Below, one piece after another: positions 44,721 to 55,811 of a stretch of 57,635 nucleotides of DNA. The stretch is from a virus (taxonomy: Duplodnaviria > Caudoviricetes). Where the stretch lies: the IMG/VR virus record IMGVR_UViG_3300017778_008252, positions 1 to 57,635 of that record. One strand, written 5' to 3'. The notes beneath the pieces are model-generated. The model was not told where the DNA came from. It made no database searches and saw only the letters and a program-made list of their open reading frames with translations. The position numbers were made by a program, and so were the translations under genes. Position 1 is the first letter of the stretch. Every line of letters begins with the position of its first letter.

Positions 44721-47700
44721 ATGGCAACAAATCCAAATACAACTGATAATAGTTTTGCTACGATTTTAGCAAATTTTATCCGATTGCAAAATAATGCTTT
44801 AACTACACTTCAACAAGTTCAAACTGCAACGATTTCAAATTCAGAAACCGTACAGATAAGTGTAACAGGTCTCGATGGAACAGTACAAACTTACAGTATA
44901 CCTTCATTTGGATATCTAAAAAGTAGCATTGCTCGAATTGACACAACAATCCAGAAGTTGATGGGATTTGATGGTAGTGACGCTTTCATCCGAATGCCGG
45001 ACGGTTCGTTTAAAAAAATCTACCAAGCAGCATACATTAAAAATCCAAAACCAATTGGACAAGTTACTGTTCCGACAAAATTTATTGCTGAGAACAATTG
45101 GTTTTTTGAAAGCTTATATACCCCGGCACTAAAAGTAAGTTTTGATGTTACACCTTATATACCACAGCAAGAGTCAAAGGTGTATGTTAAAAGAATGATT
45201 TTAAATCTTGATACAGATCGAAAGGTTGCTTATTACACTGACAATTTGAAAGGTAGAAATGACTTGGATTATGTCTCTTTGATGGTTGACTTACAGAAAA
45301 ATGGTATCAACTATTTTATAGATGATGAAGTTATTGATCTTCCGCTTTCAATTGTTCGATTCTCAGGTGATTTTGTTGTGGTTAATTCTGAAGACCGAAC
45401 CGTTACAAATCCGGACAATACAACTTCAACAAAACGTTGGTATTTATTAAACAAATTAACTTACACAGATAACTTATCATTGACCAAGGACACTCAAGTT
45501 TTACGACCGGGCGACCGAATGATAAAAGCCGAATCTTTATACGAAGTTATCGAAATAGATGCAAGCACAAAATTTGTTAGATTACGCAGGTTAAGTGGAT
45601 ATGACCCAATCGTAGTTGGAGAATCTATTGAATATTACTCTGAGACCTTTTCACCAAAAACGGTAAATGTAGGTATCGGATTCAATGAAAGCCTGGTTGT
45701 ATTTTTCCGAACTGTGAATGATGAGGAAAATCTTATTTCAACTATTTACTCTCCTGGTATTTCGTTCTCAACAAATGATTTAAATATTGACGGTGAAACT
45801 GGGCAGGTAACAATGCAAAAATTTTACCAAGATAATGTTTTAGATTTTGGAAATTTACTATTAAGTCAGGCAAAAGAAAATCAAATCTCTGCAGTTGATG
45901 GATTGACTCCAGACGCTCCGGTGGTTGACGCTACTAATTTTAGTGTAGTTTTAGTCAACGACCATAAATTGGATCAAGCAACTGTTCAAAGTATCAGAAA
46001 AAAACAATCTGATAAAGTTAAACTTTCTTCAGAAATTGTTGAATTGGAAAAGGCAATTGATAAAAAGAAAGAAACTCTCAATTCTCAAAAGTTTAATTCA
46101 GATACTGAAAGAAGAGCAGTAAAAAATGATTTGGATAGTTTGATCCGTGAACTTGGCTCAAAATCTTCACTTTATTCTTCGATTGTTAATGAATTAACTG
46201 CAATTGGAAAGGATGCGCCTGCAGCATTGGATTCACCTAAATATAGAATCCGAGGTTTTTTTGGAATTCCAAATCCAAAACTCGATCCTAAAACTGGTTC
46301 GCAAAGTGTAATCCAATTCTATACTTATTATCGGTATGTTCGCCCGGATGGCAGTCAAAGTAATGTCAAACAATACGAATATACAGATCAAAATGGACAA
46401 GTAAAAAGAGGAACATACAGTAATTTGCAAATGGTCAAATCGGAAATCAGACCTAAGGTTTACGATGTTGGGACCGGCAAATACGTTTGGGCTGAAGAAA
46501 ACGTTGAAGATGCAGATATTATTAATATCAATCAAGTAGATATTCCGATTAGCAAAGGTGAAACCGTTGAATTTTATATTGTTTCAGTTTCAGAAGCGGG
46601 ATGGCCATTAAATCCACTTTTGTCTGAGCCATCAGCAACAGTTGCAATTGAGTTCCCAACCGATTTGATTACTGAAGACGAAGCAACAGTTGCACTTCAA
46701 GAAGCATCAAGTGAATCTATTATTGTTAGAGTTGAAACCGACCTTCAGGCTCAAGGATTATATACACACCTGAGCAGTTCGTTCAATGCAGCCGAAAGAT
46801 ATTATGCACATAATGCTGATGTGGTTTCTTCAAATTTCTATACATCTGAGGGAAATGTTATTTCTTTATATGAAAAACTCAAAGAATACGAAACAAGAAT
46901 TGCCACGTTAGAAGACCGTTTAAATCGAGTTGCTGGAAAAATTGCAATTTTTATTATTGACCCAGACAATAATGCTAAAGTAGCAATCAATACCGGAGAT
47001 GTTATTCAATTATTTTCTGGGTACTACCGAGACTATGTTGATTTATTGCCGGCAAATGAACAAAGAGGTGCAATTGTTAATAAAACTTATCAAGTTGCAA
47101 TACAAAATAGCGAAGCAACACCTTTACAATTAGTTTCTGTATTTCCAGGTGGAATCGGAGGGCCACTGCCAACAACTTTAACAAGTATTTCAACCCCGCC
47201 AATTCCAACATTTGGTGTAGGTTCGCCGTATGCTGCAATTTCAAGTACTCTTTTTGCGCCAAGCAATGATAGCGACTACAATAAATTCCGTAAATATGAC
47301 CGAACACCAATTGTTCAAACAAGTGTAGGTGCATCTGATACTAATAATGCAAATAAATACACAACCGCATATTATCAAAGTGGACAAACAACAGGACAAT
47401 TTATGTTTAGTCGATTTACTGATATTGGTTTATTAAATCCTCTTTACATTGAAACGCCCACTTTAATTAATAGAAAACTGGTTCCAACTGTTCCTACAAC
47501 CGGGACTGAACCTTTTATTTGGAGAGGTACCTATACTGGAACATTGCCAAACGGAAATGGTACAGTTTCTGCTTTTTGCATTCATACTGACCATCCTGCT
47601 TTAAATAGCGGAACGGCTATTAACCTGTCAGGTGTTAACAGCTTCCAAACGCCAGATGTTACAATTGATACAACAACTGGATTTCCATTAGCAAATGAGG

Positions 47701-48314
47701 CAGTATCAAGATTCGTTCATGCCTTTGGGGTAAATTCTAGCGTATCGTCAACTGGAAAATGGTCACCACAACTGGCTTATTATCAAAGATTTTTAGCTAA
47801 TACAACAACAGCAACACCATACTCTCCAAGCAGTTTAAACGAATTACCAGATAAATTTGGTTTCATTGCCGACGACCGTTATTTAATTGGTGAACAGACT
47901 TGCGGTTCATATCTATTTGTTGGGCCATCAACTTTCAATCAATTAAATGTAGACGGAACAGATGCTCGTTCCAAGAAAGAAGTTGAAACCGGGGATAATA
48001 ATGCAATCCTAATTCCAATTATTTTCCAATTCCGAATGGAAGACTATTACGGCCCCGCCGGTGGCGCTGGAAATGGCTACGTTGGAGGTTATAATGGAAC
48101 AACAGTATATCCGAAACAATTACAATATAGTAGAAGAATTGGTTTAGACGTTTATACACAAGACGAATCTGTTTTCTCATTTGATATTCAAGTAAGTGCA
48201 GCATATAAGAAAACATCATTAAGCCAAGTTGTTGCTACCGCAACTCCTGTAATTAACAAAGAGTTACAAAATATTGTCTACAACAAAAATACAATTAAAA
48301 CACTAACAATATAA
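44721..48314 (+). CDS. Putative virion structural protein
   Basis: 1197 aa; coiled-coil segments plus T/G/P-rich regions; in the late operon. Confidence 0.75.
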   Translation: MATNPNTTDNSFATILANFIRLQNNALTTLQQVQTATISNSETVQISVTGLDGTVQTYSIPSFGYLKSSIARIDTTIQKLMGFDGSDAFIRMPDGSFKKIYQAAYIKNPKPIGQVTVPTKFIAENNWFFESLYTPALKVSFDVTPYIPQQESKVYVKRMILNLDTDRKVAYYTDNLKGRNDLDYVSLMVDLQKNGINYFIDDEVIDLPLSIVRFSGDFVVVNSEDRTVTNPDNTTSTKRWYLLNKLTYTDNLSLTKDTQVLRPGDRMIKAESLYEVIEIDASTKFVRLRRLSGYDPIVVGESIEYYSETFSPKTVNVGIGFNESLVVFFRTVNDEENLISTIYSPGISFSTNDLNIDGETGQVTMQKFYQDNVLDFGNLLLSQAKENQISAVDGLTPDAPVVDATNFSVVLVNDHKLDQATVQSIRKKQSDKVKLSSEIVELEKAIDKKKETLNSQKFNSDTERRAVKNDLDSLIRELGSKSSLYSSIVNELTAIGKDAPAALDSPKYRIRGFFGIPNPKLDPKTGSQSVIQFYTYYRYVRPDGSQSNVKQYEYTDQNGQVKRGTYSNLQMVKSEIRPKVYDVGTGKYVWAEENVEDADIININQVDIPISKGETVEFYIVSVSEAGWPLNPLLSEPSATVAIEFPTDLITEDEATVALQEASSESIIVRVETDLQAQGLYTHLSSSFNAAERYYAHNADVVSSNFYTSEGNVISLYEKLKEYETRIATLEDRLNRVAGKIAIFIIDPDNNAKVAINTGDVIQLFSGYYRDYVDLLPANEQRGAIVNKTYQVAIQNSEATPLQLVSVFPGGIGGPLPTTLTSISTPPIPTFGVGSPYAAISSTLFAPSNDSDYNKFRKYDRTPIVQTSVGASDTNNANKYTTAYYQSGQTTGQFMFSRFTDIGLLNPLYIETPTLINRKLVPTVPTTGTEPFIWRGTYTGTLPNGNGTVSAFCIHTDHPALNSGTAINLSGVNSFQTPDVTIDTTTGFPLANEAVSRFVHAFGVNSSVSSTGKWSPQLAYYQRFLANTTTATPYSPSSLNELPDKFGFIADDRYLIGEQTCGSYLFVGPSTFNQLNVDGTDARSKKEVETGDNNAILIPIIFQFRMEDYYGPAGGAGNGYVGGYNGTTVYPKQLQYSRRIGLDVYTQDESVFSFDIQVSAAYKKTSLSQVVATATPVINKELQNIVYNKNTIKTLTI

Positions 48315-48315
48315 A

Positions 48316-51300
48316 ATGACAGGTCCTAATTTTTATAAAATAGACTGTGAGCGAGAAATAGTTCTGCAGGGAAAAAGTAGTTATTTCTTAACAATTACCC
48401 GAAATGACAGTGCGGAACCAGGTGCAATTGATCCAAATAATTATTTATGCTTGGTATTATATCCTCAACCAAATACGTTTGAAACTCATATCGCTGACGT
48501 TGAGATTGAAAAAACTTCAAACACTACTGGAAATATTATTTCACAGCCTAGCAATCCGTTTCCAGGACTTTCCGGTGGATATAATCATCTTGGGACTAAT
48601 TTAACATTAAAGAGTTATGAGAATTTAGGAGTGCAACTTCCAACGGAAATCACAGGTGTCGTACAAGGCGGTACCGCAGTTGAACTTACTTTTGACAATC
48701 CTTTTACTGTTGCGGCAACAGGATTGACTGGGCTATTTACTTTTGGGGTTTATTCAGAAGACAGCGGTTCTTGGAATATCAATTGCGTAAATGCCCCAAC
48801 ACAGGCCCAGACAATTTATACATCTTCTTCTATTATTGACTATACATATGACACCACGGTGCCAAATCCGTTTGACGGAACTATTAACAATCTTCCATTA
48901 GGTGCACCCGGAACTGCTGGAACGGGATACGTTGAAAGAAAAATAAAACAATTAATAGTCATACCATCGAATAATTTTTCACCATTTATAGCATCTAATA
49001 GCAATAATAATCTTGAAACCAGAGGAGCAACAATCCGAATTGACTATAATGGCGAAGACGCTAGTCATCTGAAATTAAATATTCTAATTGCAGAATTGCC
49101 AGTTGTATCAGATCCAAATTTAAGAAATTTGGTTAATTCGTATTTAGGATCGGGTGCATTTGGTGTCAAAGATTACGTAGGACCTGCAACTAATTTGGAC
49201 TTCCAAGAAATCCATTTCTTTGGGTACCCAGAAAATTATGCCCGAACACAAAGGGACATGGATGGCATCCAATATAGCTTCACAGAACCATTGTACGAAG
49301 ACCAAACAAGTTTTTCATTACTAAAAACAAACCCAAAGTTAAGTGGAAATGTTAAAATTACAACAGACTCAGTTGGTGATATTTGGTTAAACTCATTTGA
49401 TGCAAATGAAGAACTAGCAAAAAGTGAATATAAAAGATTTGCAATCAGCACAAATTCAACTTATCAAAGGGATTTATACTCATTTTTTAAAAATGGAAAT
49501 ACTCCAACTGAAACTGTTTTTGGCCTTTATCAATTTGACAATCAGTATTTAAATAATAAAACTGAGTACTATCAACAGTTTGATAATTTTTATAATTATG
49601 GAATAACTCAATTAAAAAGTAAATTTTATGATGAGAATTATTCATTTTTAGCACCTTTGTGGATTCGTAAAAAGTTGCCGGATTTCTTTATTATTTTAAG
49701 AGTCAATCATCCAATTGACCCAGAAAGCTATTACTCAGATTTCAACAAAAAGGATGCAATATCTGAATATTTTAAAGATGCTCGGATTATTAAATCATTC
49801 GATATTCGAGAAACGAGTAAGCTAGGTGGGTATCTAAGAAAAATTATCAATGACCCGAGGTATAAAGAACGCCCATTGGATGTTTCCTGGGACCAAGATA
49901 CTGCAACTTATTGGAACGGTATATCATACCAAAAAGCAACAATGACCGGAAAGGGCGAGTATTTATATGATTTCTATACACAAGACCGTCCTGTTAAAGA
50001 GTTCGAAGAGTACATAACTGATGGATTCCAACGAAATGGAATTATCAGTACAAACCTGATGAACTTGGAATTTTTGTTTGACGATGAAGAAGCAGATTTA
50101 TATAGTATTAACCGATACATTGGTTTATATGTTTCGGAAAATCAATTAGCAGAATTTGAAATTGAACCAACAGTATTAGGAAAAATATTTGAGCAAACAC
50201 CAGCACCAAAGCCAGGTGTTGATGGACAACCGTACACACTTAGAACATTCATACAGAATAATCCAAACGGAATCGAGATACCTGTTAATTATTATCATAA
50301 CAGCACATATTCAGTTAATGGAACTAATCTTCCCGAGAACCCAGGATTGGTTGTTGGGAAATTTCCATTGCCGACAATGGTAGATGACCCATTACGTCTA
50401 TTTTATATCAAAGACCGGGATGATGTTTTTAAACGAATAACTGAAATTAAAGAAGTTGATTATGGATATCCGGGGACTACTGATTATCGACGAGTAACAC
50501 AATTAAAACTTTTTGATAATTCGGAGAACATTAGCCAATACGGCGGCGTTAATGATATTGTCTCACAATTCCCTGCAAATTTGCTTGGAAGTGGAAATTC
50601 TCAATTGAGATTGCATTTATTAGATAATAACGGAACAGGCGTTTTTGAAACAGATGAAGAATTACTTATTAAAGTCAAAAGGTACAATGACGCTGGTGGG
50701 GCTAATACTTATTATGTTCAAATAACAAATGTAACCCCAACATCTGTATCTGTTCAATATTTTATTAATCAGTCAGTCGACCAATTAGCTGCAGGTTTTT
50801 CACAACCAGCAGTAGGTGGTTCTGTAACACTAACAATTGGAAACACAAGTGGGTTTTCAGTCGGGGAAAAGATTTACATTGTTACGGGTGGATATTATCA
50901 GATAACTGCAATTACATCAACAACTCAGATGGATGTTGTTAATATCGGTGGTCCGCAAAACGCATCGCCGACAACCTCTATTGGACAATATGCTTTACTT
51001 GCAAATTCATTAACCGGGGAGGCTACTTATTTTCTGTCGCCTCTTGGATTTTTGTTAAATATAGACAATTATCTAACAATCAATTTACTTTCCTTTGGAA
51101 TTACACCATATTCTGTTTTGGATTCTTGGAGAATTGAAGTTGATTTTCCAGTAATTCAAAAATTTGTCCTTCCGGGAACTTTAACTACATCAGCTTTGGA
51201 TGCGGAATATAAGACCGGTTACGAGCAGTTTACATGGAAAATGATTGCTAGCGGAATTGGATTACCCGCTGGAGATGCGTGGGATTACCCACAGTATGAT

Positions 51301-54300
51301 CCAAATAGTTTTGAATGGATATCACAATTTAGTAATGAAGGTAGCCCAGAGGATGTTGCTGGTGCATTAGCAATGTGTATAAATTCCTTTCAGAACATAC
51401 CAGTAACGGCATGGGCTGACGGGAGAGTTGTCTATTTGAAATCAAAATTACAGTTTGAAGAAGGAAATAGTATTACATTTATACGAAATCTAAAACAAAC
51501 GAGCATTTATGAAAACCTTGGTTTTTATGAAGACGCAAATGTTGATAGAGGAACGAAACTTAGCCTAGTTGATTATAACGGCACAGGTGGACCTAACTAT
51601 TATTTAACAAATGTGTTTCCTGAAATGGTTGACCAACCGGCATCTTATAATATTGCTGGTAGCTATTTTGTTAGAATTTCACGAGGTGTAAACCTCACCA
51701 CTGTGTTTGTAAGAAGATATGTGGACCCAACTACTTATGCAACCGCAATAACAACTGGGGTAATGCCAGTTTATAATTTTACATTCCCAACAACGGATGA
51801 CCGATATTTTGATTCGAGATTACCTTTTAGTATTGATATTAAACAAATACCATTTAATACTGTTCACGAACAAGTTTACACAATAACTTCTGAGTTGGTG
51901 GTTGAGCAATTATTTGTTGGTGGAATTAAAAGAATAAGAAATCGTGCGGCAATAGGAATTACTGATGCTGAAAAATATTATCAAAACCGACAAATTAAAA
52001 GAACTGTTAATTTAACTACAGGCTCGAATAATATTTCCATTTCGCCAACTGGGATGTATATCGGTGCGACTGTCTCTGGAAACGGAATCCCAGCTGGGAC
52101 AATTGTTTCAGACATTCGAGCAACTGAAATTTCTATCAGCAATTCAGCAACCATAACCGGAAATAGTGAATTAACAATTGGCTCAATCAGCATTTTAAAT
52201 GATACAGTAATCTATCAACAATGGTATCAGTGCTTAAAGGAAATGTATCGCCGAATGAAAGGCTGGGAAGTTCAAGGAAAACTTGTTTATTCATTACCTT
52301 ATTTGGAAGAGCCGACATTTGATGCTGAAGAGTATTTGAACGGATATGCCAACTATCAGACAAAAGCAATTATACAGTTGGATGACCCAACCCAAGAGTT
52401 TTTTTATTCTCCGGATAAAAGAGTAGTTGCATACAGTGTCTATCGCCCAACTATGGGTGTGTTTAGTGTATATCCAATTAAAGCATTTGACTTTGATTAT
52501 TTTCTGTCAGATTATGCTTATACACCAACATTGGAAGCTATAAAATATTTTGAATCTGAAACTCTCGAGTCAGGTGACACAATTGAACTATATCCATTTA
52601 ATAATTACAAAATTACTCAAACTACAACTGCAACATTCACAATGGTGATTTCAGCTTATGACGGAAATCGAAAGGAATGGCTCGATATTGATACAATTGT
52701 AATGGACGGATTAGATACTTCAAAAAGTATTATACTTAATACTTTCTATCCTTTTTACGATTATGATATTAACGAATATCCGTATAAATCTGAAACTGTG
52801 TTTGTTTCTGGAAAACAGTACACGGCAGCAGGAAGAAGAAACTATGACAGAAGATATTTGTATACTCCGGATGGTGATATAATTTATCCAACATTATTTA
52901 GATTGAGATATCAATCGAGTGGTGCTGATAGTATTACAATCACAAATGCAAATTATACAGTTGACCAAGATATTGCAACGTTTAACGGATTTGCAGGGAT
53001 TCAAGATATTACAAGTATTGGAGATGCCGACGTTATTGAGCAATTAAAACAGAATGGCGAATTTATCAATGCCTTTACTTATCAATTGTTATTTTCTGAA
53101 TATGATAGACTTCGAGAAAATTATAATAAAGATTGGGCAGTAAAATCAAAAGTAGTTCCTTATATCAATAAATGGGCGCAAGAAGGTACTGATGCCAGAG
53201 ACAACTATTACCGATTAAATAATTCAATGGCATTTGGGATTGCAAATATCTCGCCTGCAGAAAATGTTGACTTTTCAGAGACAGCATTACTAACACAGGA
53301 ATTTCCTTATTTAGATAGTGTTCCCAAGGATTATCCAATTTCCAACTTGGAATCGACTCGAGGGTATTTCTTTTCTAAACTTTCAGATGTGGTGACAAAA
53401 AGTAAATCTTGGTATGAGTTATTTACATCTGATAACACAAACGATTGGTTTACAAAATATTTCTCAGTTGGTTATCCTTCTGATTTAAATTACAACGGTG
53501 AACCTATTCCAAAACCAAGAGATGAAAGATTTACATTTTTTAAATATAATGACGGAATTGGACAATCACAAACGCTATTCCGAGGTGGAAAAATTCAGCT
53601 ACTTTCGTTTAACGAGACACTACCAGGTCGGCCTTTAAATCTGGATAATTCAGAATTTAATGATTATAAATTCTCGGCAATTACAAGATTTGAGCCGTTC
53701 GAGCCGTATGCAAAACAAAAACCTGTAGACATCCAAGTATTTAGAAATAAAAAATGGAAATGGGTTGTTCTTCTTATTACAGTTAGAATCCAAGATTATC
53801 GAACACAATCTGGTAGTGGAGAGTTTATGTTCCAATATTTTATGAACGATATTCTAAGCAACCACAAGCAGAATCAGTTCTTATTGGATTTAGCTACGCC
53901 AACTCCTCTTGCAGCAAGTTCGCAATTGCGTAATTTTTATCCTTATAATTCAAAACCAAGTTTAGGATTTAATGACTATTTAGATGCTGCAGTTCTTCGT
54001 CCAAGACAAGGAATGCTAGGCGGTGGGTATGTCCATTTAGGCGATAAGAAACTTGGGGGAATTGCAGCAGATACCCCTTCGGTTTCACCAATATACACAC
54101 CTTCTTTATCAGGTCCTCAGTTGGAATTTGGATTTAATAATATTGATAACAGATATAACTTTAATGTTCTTGAAGAGATTTATCCAATCCAAAATAACTA
54201 TCGAATTGACCCGACCATATATACAATCAATACAAATTTTTCCAAAGTTGTTGCACGAAACTATGGCAGAGAAGGTTTTACATTTAATTTCTTGACTGTT

Positions 54301-55779
54301 TATAAAAATGATTCACCATTAAGATATACTGTTAGAACAAGTGTGGATAATCAAAGCCGAGATAATGTATTTAATACGGCAAGTATCAAAATAGGTGCTG
54401 GCGAATATTATAACGGTTTTTCTGCATTATTTACTCCGTTATTGAGTCCGTTATTTAATGGTTCAAACAGTCCAAACTATTTAACATATCAAGTTGATAA
54501 TCAAATTCCACTGCCTGAAATGGAAACATATCATTTGGAAGGTGGGACGCTTGGATTTCAGTCAATTAAGTTTTATTTAACATACGGAAACTTATTTAAA
54601 CTATTTAATACTTCTGACCCGATTGTTGAATACTTTGATATTTCGGATGCCGGAGAAACTAAGTACAACCCAGGCGAAAATACATATCAATTAAAATTTA
54701 TAAGCCCAGACGCTATTATTAAAGAAAATGTACTAAACTATTCTCCAGATCAAGACAAACCAGATGAATTTAGAACAATCGAAACTGTTGGGTATAACAT
54801 TGTAAACACCGGCGGCCGGGAATTTTTGCTCAGACACCGAGGTGTATATGAACCTAAGACACGAGATGTTCTTTCGTTTTGGCTACGAGAAGATAGTGAA
54901 ATGAGTAATCATTTTGAAATTGACTTTTTATTAAAAAATACCAGAATTGACAATTTATCTCAGCTGACTGGGATGGTTAAAAATTATGGTATTAATAAAG
55001 TTGCAACTGCAGGGAATATAATGCAAATTGCTAGAACTTCTGCTTATAAAAGTGTTTATCCACTCGTAAATGAAATTGCGGTTGATGCTTCGGATTATTT
55101 TGTATTTAGTTCTACGTGGGATGGTGGATTTTACCGTGAATACGCAACAACGAGTAATTTTACACAAAAGGATGGGATAAATGAAATGACAGAATACAAA
55201 ACGTTTTTAGCGTCAAAGGCAATGAACGTTCCTAAAAGTTTCGAATTTCATACATTCAATAATACAGATGAAGTAACATTCACAGTCATTGAACCAAGTC
55301 TTTCAATTGGAATTGATACGTTAAGTACAGGAAACGCCGCGCAGCAAAGTAAACCCAATGCGAATCGTCCAAAGTTAATTATCAGATTAAACTTAAGAAA
55401 TCGTCTTCTTCGACAGTTGTTGAGTGATATAGATTCTATACCAAACAATGAATTTGAAAGACTTTTAACAATTACAAGTAATACAACATTATCAGGATTA
55501 ACACAAACAGAAATTGATGAACTTAAAGTAGAATATTTTACAAAAAATATTCTTCAATTATATGAAGTTTTTAATATTTCTTTATATTTCAAAAATCAAA
55601 AAGGATTAGATATTTTAAATCTAAATCTTACTGAATTGGAAAAAGCGAGAGCAGGATATAAAATTGACAAAAACTGTCAGCTAACAACGATTTCAGATTT
55701 TGAATTTGAAATAACTAAAATTTTAGATCCTAAAGTTGATGCAGGATTTAGCTTGGCAGCAACTTTAAAAAGAATATAA
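48316..55779 (+). CDS. Giant putative virion structural protein
   Basis: 2487-aa uninterrupted ORF in the late operon. Confidence 0.75.
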   Translation: MTGPNFYKIDCEREIVLQGKSSYFLTITRNDSAEPGAIDPNNYLCLVLYPQPNTFETHIADVEIEKTSNTTGNIISQPSNPFPGLSGGYNHLGTNLTLKSYENLGVQLPTEITGVVQGGTAVELTFDNPFTVAATGLTGLFTFGVYSEDSGSWNINCVNAPTQAQTIYTSSSIIDYTYDTTVPNPFDGTINNLPLGAPGTAGTGYVERKIKQLIVIPSNNFSPFIASNSNNNLETRGATIRIDYNGEDASHLKLNILIAELPVVSDPNLRNLVNSYLGSGAFGVKDYVGPATNLDFQEIHFFGYPENYARTQRDMDGIQYSFTEPLYEDQTSFSLLKTNPKLSGNVKITTDSVGDIWLNSFDANEELAKSEYKRFAISTNSTYQRDLYSFFKNGNTPTETVFGLYQFDNQYLNNKTEYYQQFDNFYNYGITQLKSKFYDENYSFLAPLWIRKKLPDFFIILRVNHPIDPESYYSDFNKKDAISEYFKDARIIKSFDIRETSKLGGYLRKIINDPRYKERPLDVSWDQDTATYWNGISYQKATMTGKGEYLYDFYTQDRPVKEFEEYITDGFQRNGIISTNLMNLEFLFDDEEADLYSINRYIGLYVSENQLAEFEIEPTVLGKIFEQTPAPKPGVDGQPYTLRTFIQNNPNGIEIPVNYYHNSTYSVNGTNLPENPGLVVGKFPLPTMVDDPLRLFYIKDRDDVFKRITEIKEVDYGYPGTTDYRRVTQLKLFDNSENISQYGGVNDIVSQFPANLLGSGNSQLRLHLLDNNGTGVFETDEELLIKVKRYNDAGGANTYYVQITNVTPTSVSVQYFINQSVDQLAAGFSQPAVGGSVTLTIGNTSGFSVGEKIYIVTGGYYQITAITSTTQMDVVNIGGPQNASPTTSIGQYALLANSLTGEATYFLSPLGFLLNIDNYLTINLLSFGITPYSVLDSWRIEVDFPVIQKFVLPGTLTTSALDAEYKTGYEQFTWKMIASGIGLPAGDAWDYPQYDPNSFEWISQFSNEGSPEDVAGALAMCINSFQNIPVTAWADGRVVYLKSKLQFEEGNSITFIRNLKQTSIYENLGFYEDANVDRGTKLSLVDYNGTGGPNYYLTNVFPEMVDQPASYNIAGSYFVRISRGVNLTTVFVRRYVDPTTYATAITTGVMPVYNFTFPTTDDRYFDSRLPFSIDIKQIPFNTVHEQVYTITSELVVEQLFVGGIKRIRNRAAIGITDAEKYYQNRQIKRTVNLTTGSNNISISPTGMYIGATVSGNGIPAGTIVSDIRATEISISNSATITGNSELTIGSISILNDTVIYQQWYQCLKEMYRRMKGWEVQGKLVYSLPYLEEPTFDAEEYLNGYANYQTKAIIQLDDPTQEFFYSPDKRVVAYSVYRPTMGVFSVYPIKAFDFDYFLSDYAYTPTLEAIKYFESETLESGDTIELYPFNNYKITQTTTATFTMVISAYDGNRKEWLDIDTIVMDGLDTSKSIILNTFYPFYDYDINEYPYKSETVFVSGKQYTAAGRRNYDRRYLYTPDGDIIYPTLFRLRYQSSGADSITITNANYTVDQDIATFNGFAGIQDITSIGDADVIEQLKQNGEFINAFTYQLLFSEYDRLRENYNKDWAVKSKVVPYINKWAQEGTDARDNYYRLNNSMAFGIANISPAENVDFSETALLTQEFPYLDSVPKDYPISNLESTRGYFFSKLSDVVTKSKSWYELFTSDNTNDWFTKYFSVGYPSDLNYNGEPIPKPRDERFTFFKYNDGIGQSQTLFRGGKIQLLSFNETLPGRPLNLDNSEFNDYKFSAITRFEPFEPYAKQKPVDIQVFRNKKWKWVVLLITVRIQDYRTQSGSGEFMFQYFMNDILSNHKQNQFLLDLATPTPLAASSQLRNFYPYNSKPSLGFNDYLDAAVLRPRQGMLGGGYVHLGDKKLGGIAADTPSVSPIYTPSLSGPQLEFGFNNIDNRYNFNVLEEIYPIQNNYRIDPTIYTINTNFSKVVARNYGREGFTFNFLTVYKNDSPLRYTVRTSVDNQSRDNVFNTASIKIGAGEYYNGFSALFTPLLSPLFNGSNSPNYLTYQVDNQIPLPEMETYHLEGGTLGFQSIKFYLTYGNLFKLFNTSDPIVEYFDISDAGETKYNPGENTYQLKFISPDAIIKENVLNYSPDQDKPDEFRTIETVGYNIVNTGGREFLLRHRGVYEPKTRDVLSFWLREDSEMSNHFEIDFLLKNTRIDNLSQLTGMVKNYGINKVATAGNIMQIARTSAYKSVYPLVNEIAVDASDYFVFSSTWDGGFYREYATTSNFTQKDGINEMTEYKTFLASKAMNVPKSFEFHTFNNTDEVTFTVIEPSLSIGIDTLSTGNAAQQSKPNANRPKLIIRLNLRNRLLRQLLSDIDSIPNNEFERLLTITSNTTLSGLTQTEIDELKVEYFTKNILQLYEVFNISLYFKNQKGLDILNLNLTELEKARAGYKIDKNCQLTTISDFEFEITKILDPKVDAGFSLAATLKRI

Positions 55780-55811
55780 TGATATATACTAAAAGGTAAA
55801 ATAATCGAACA

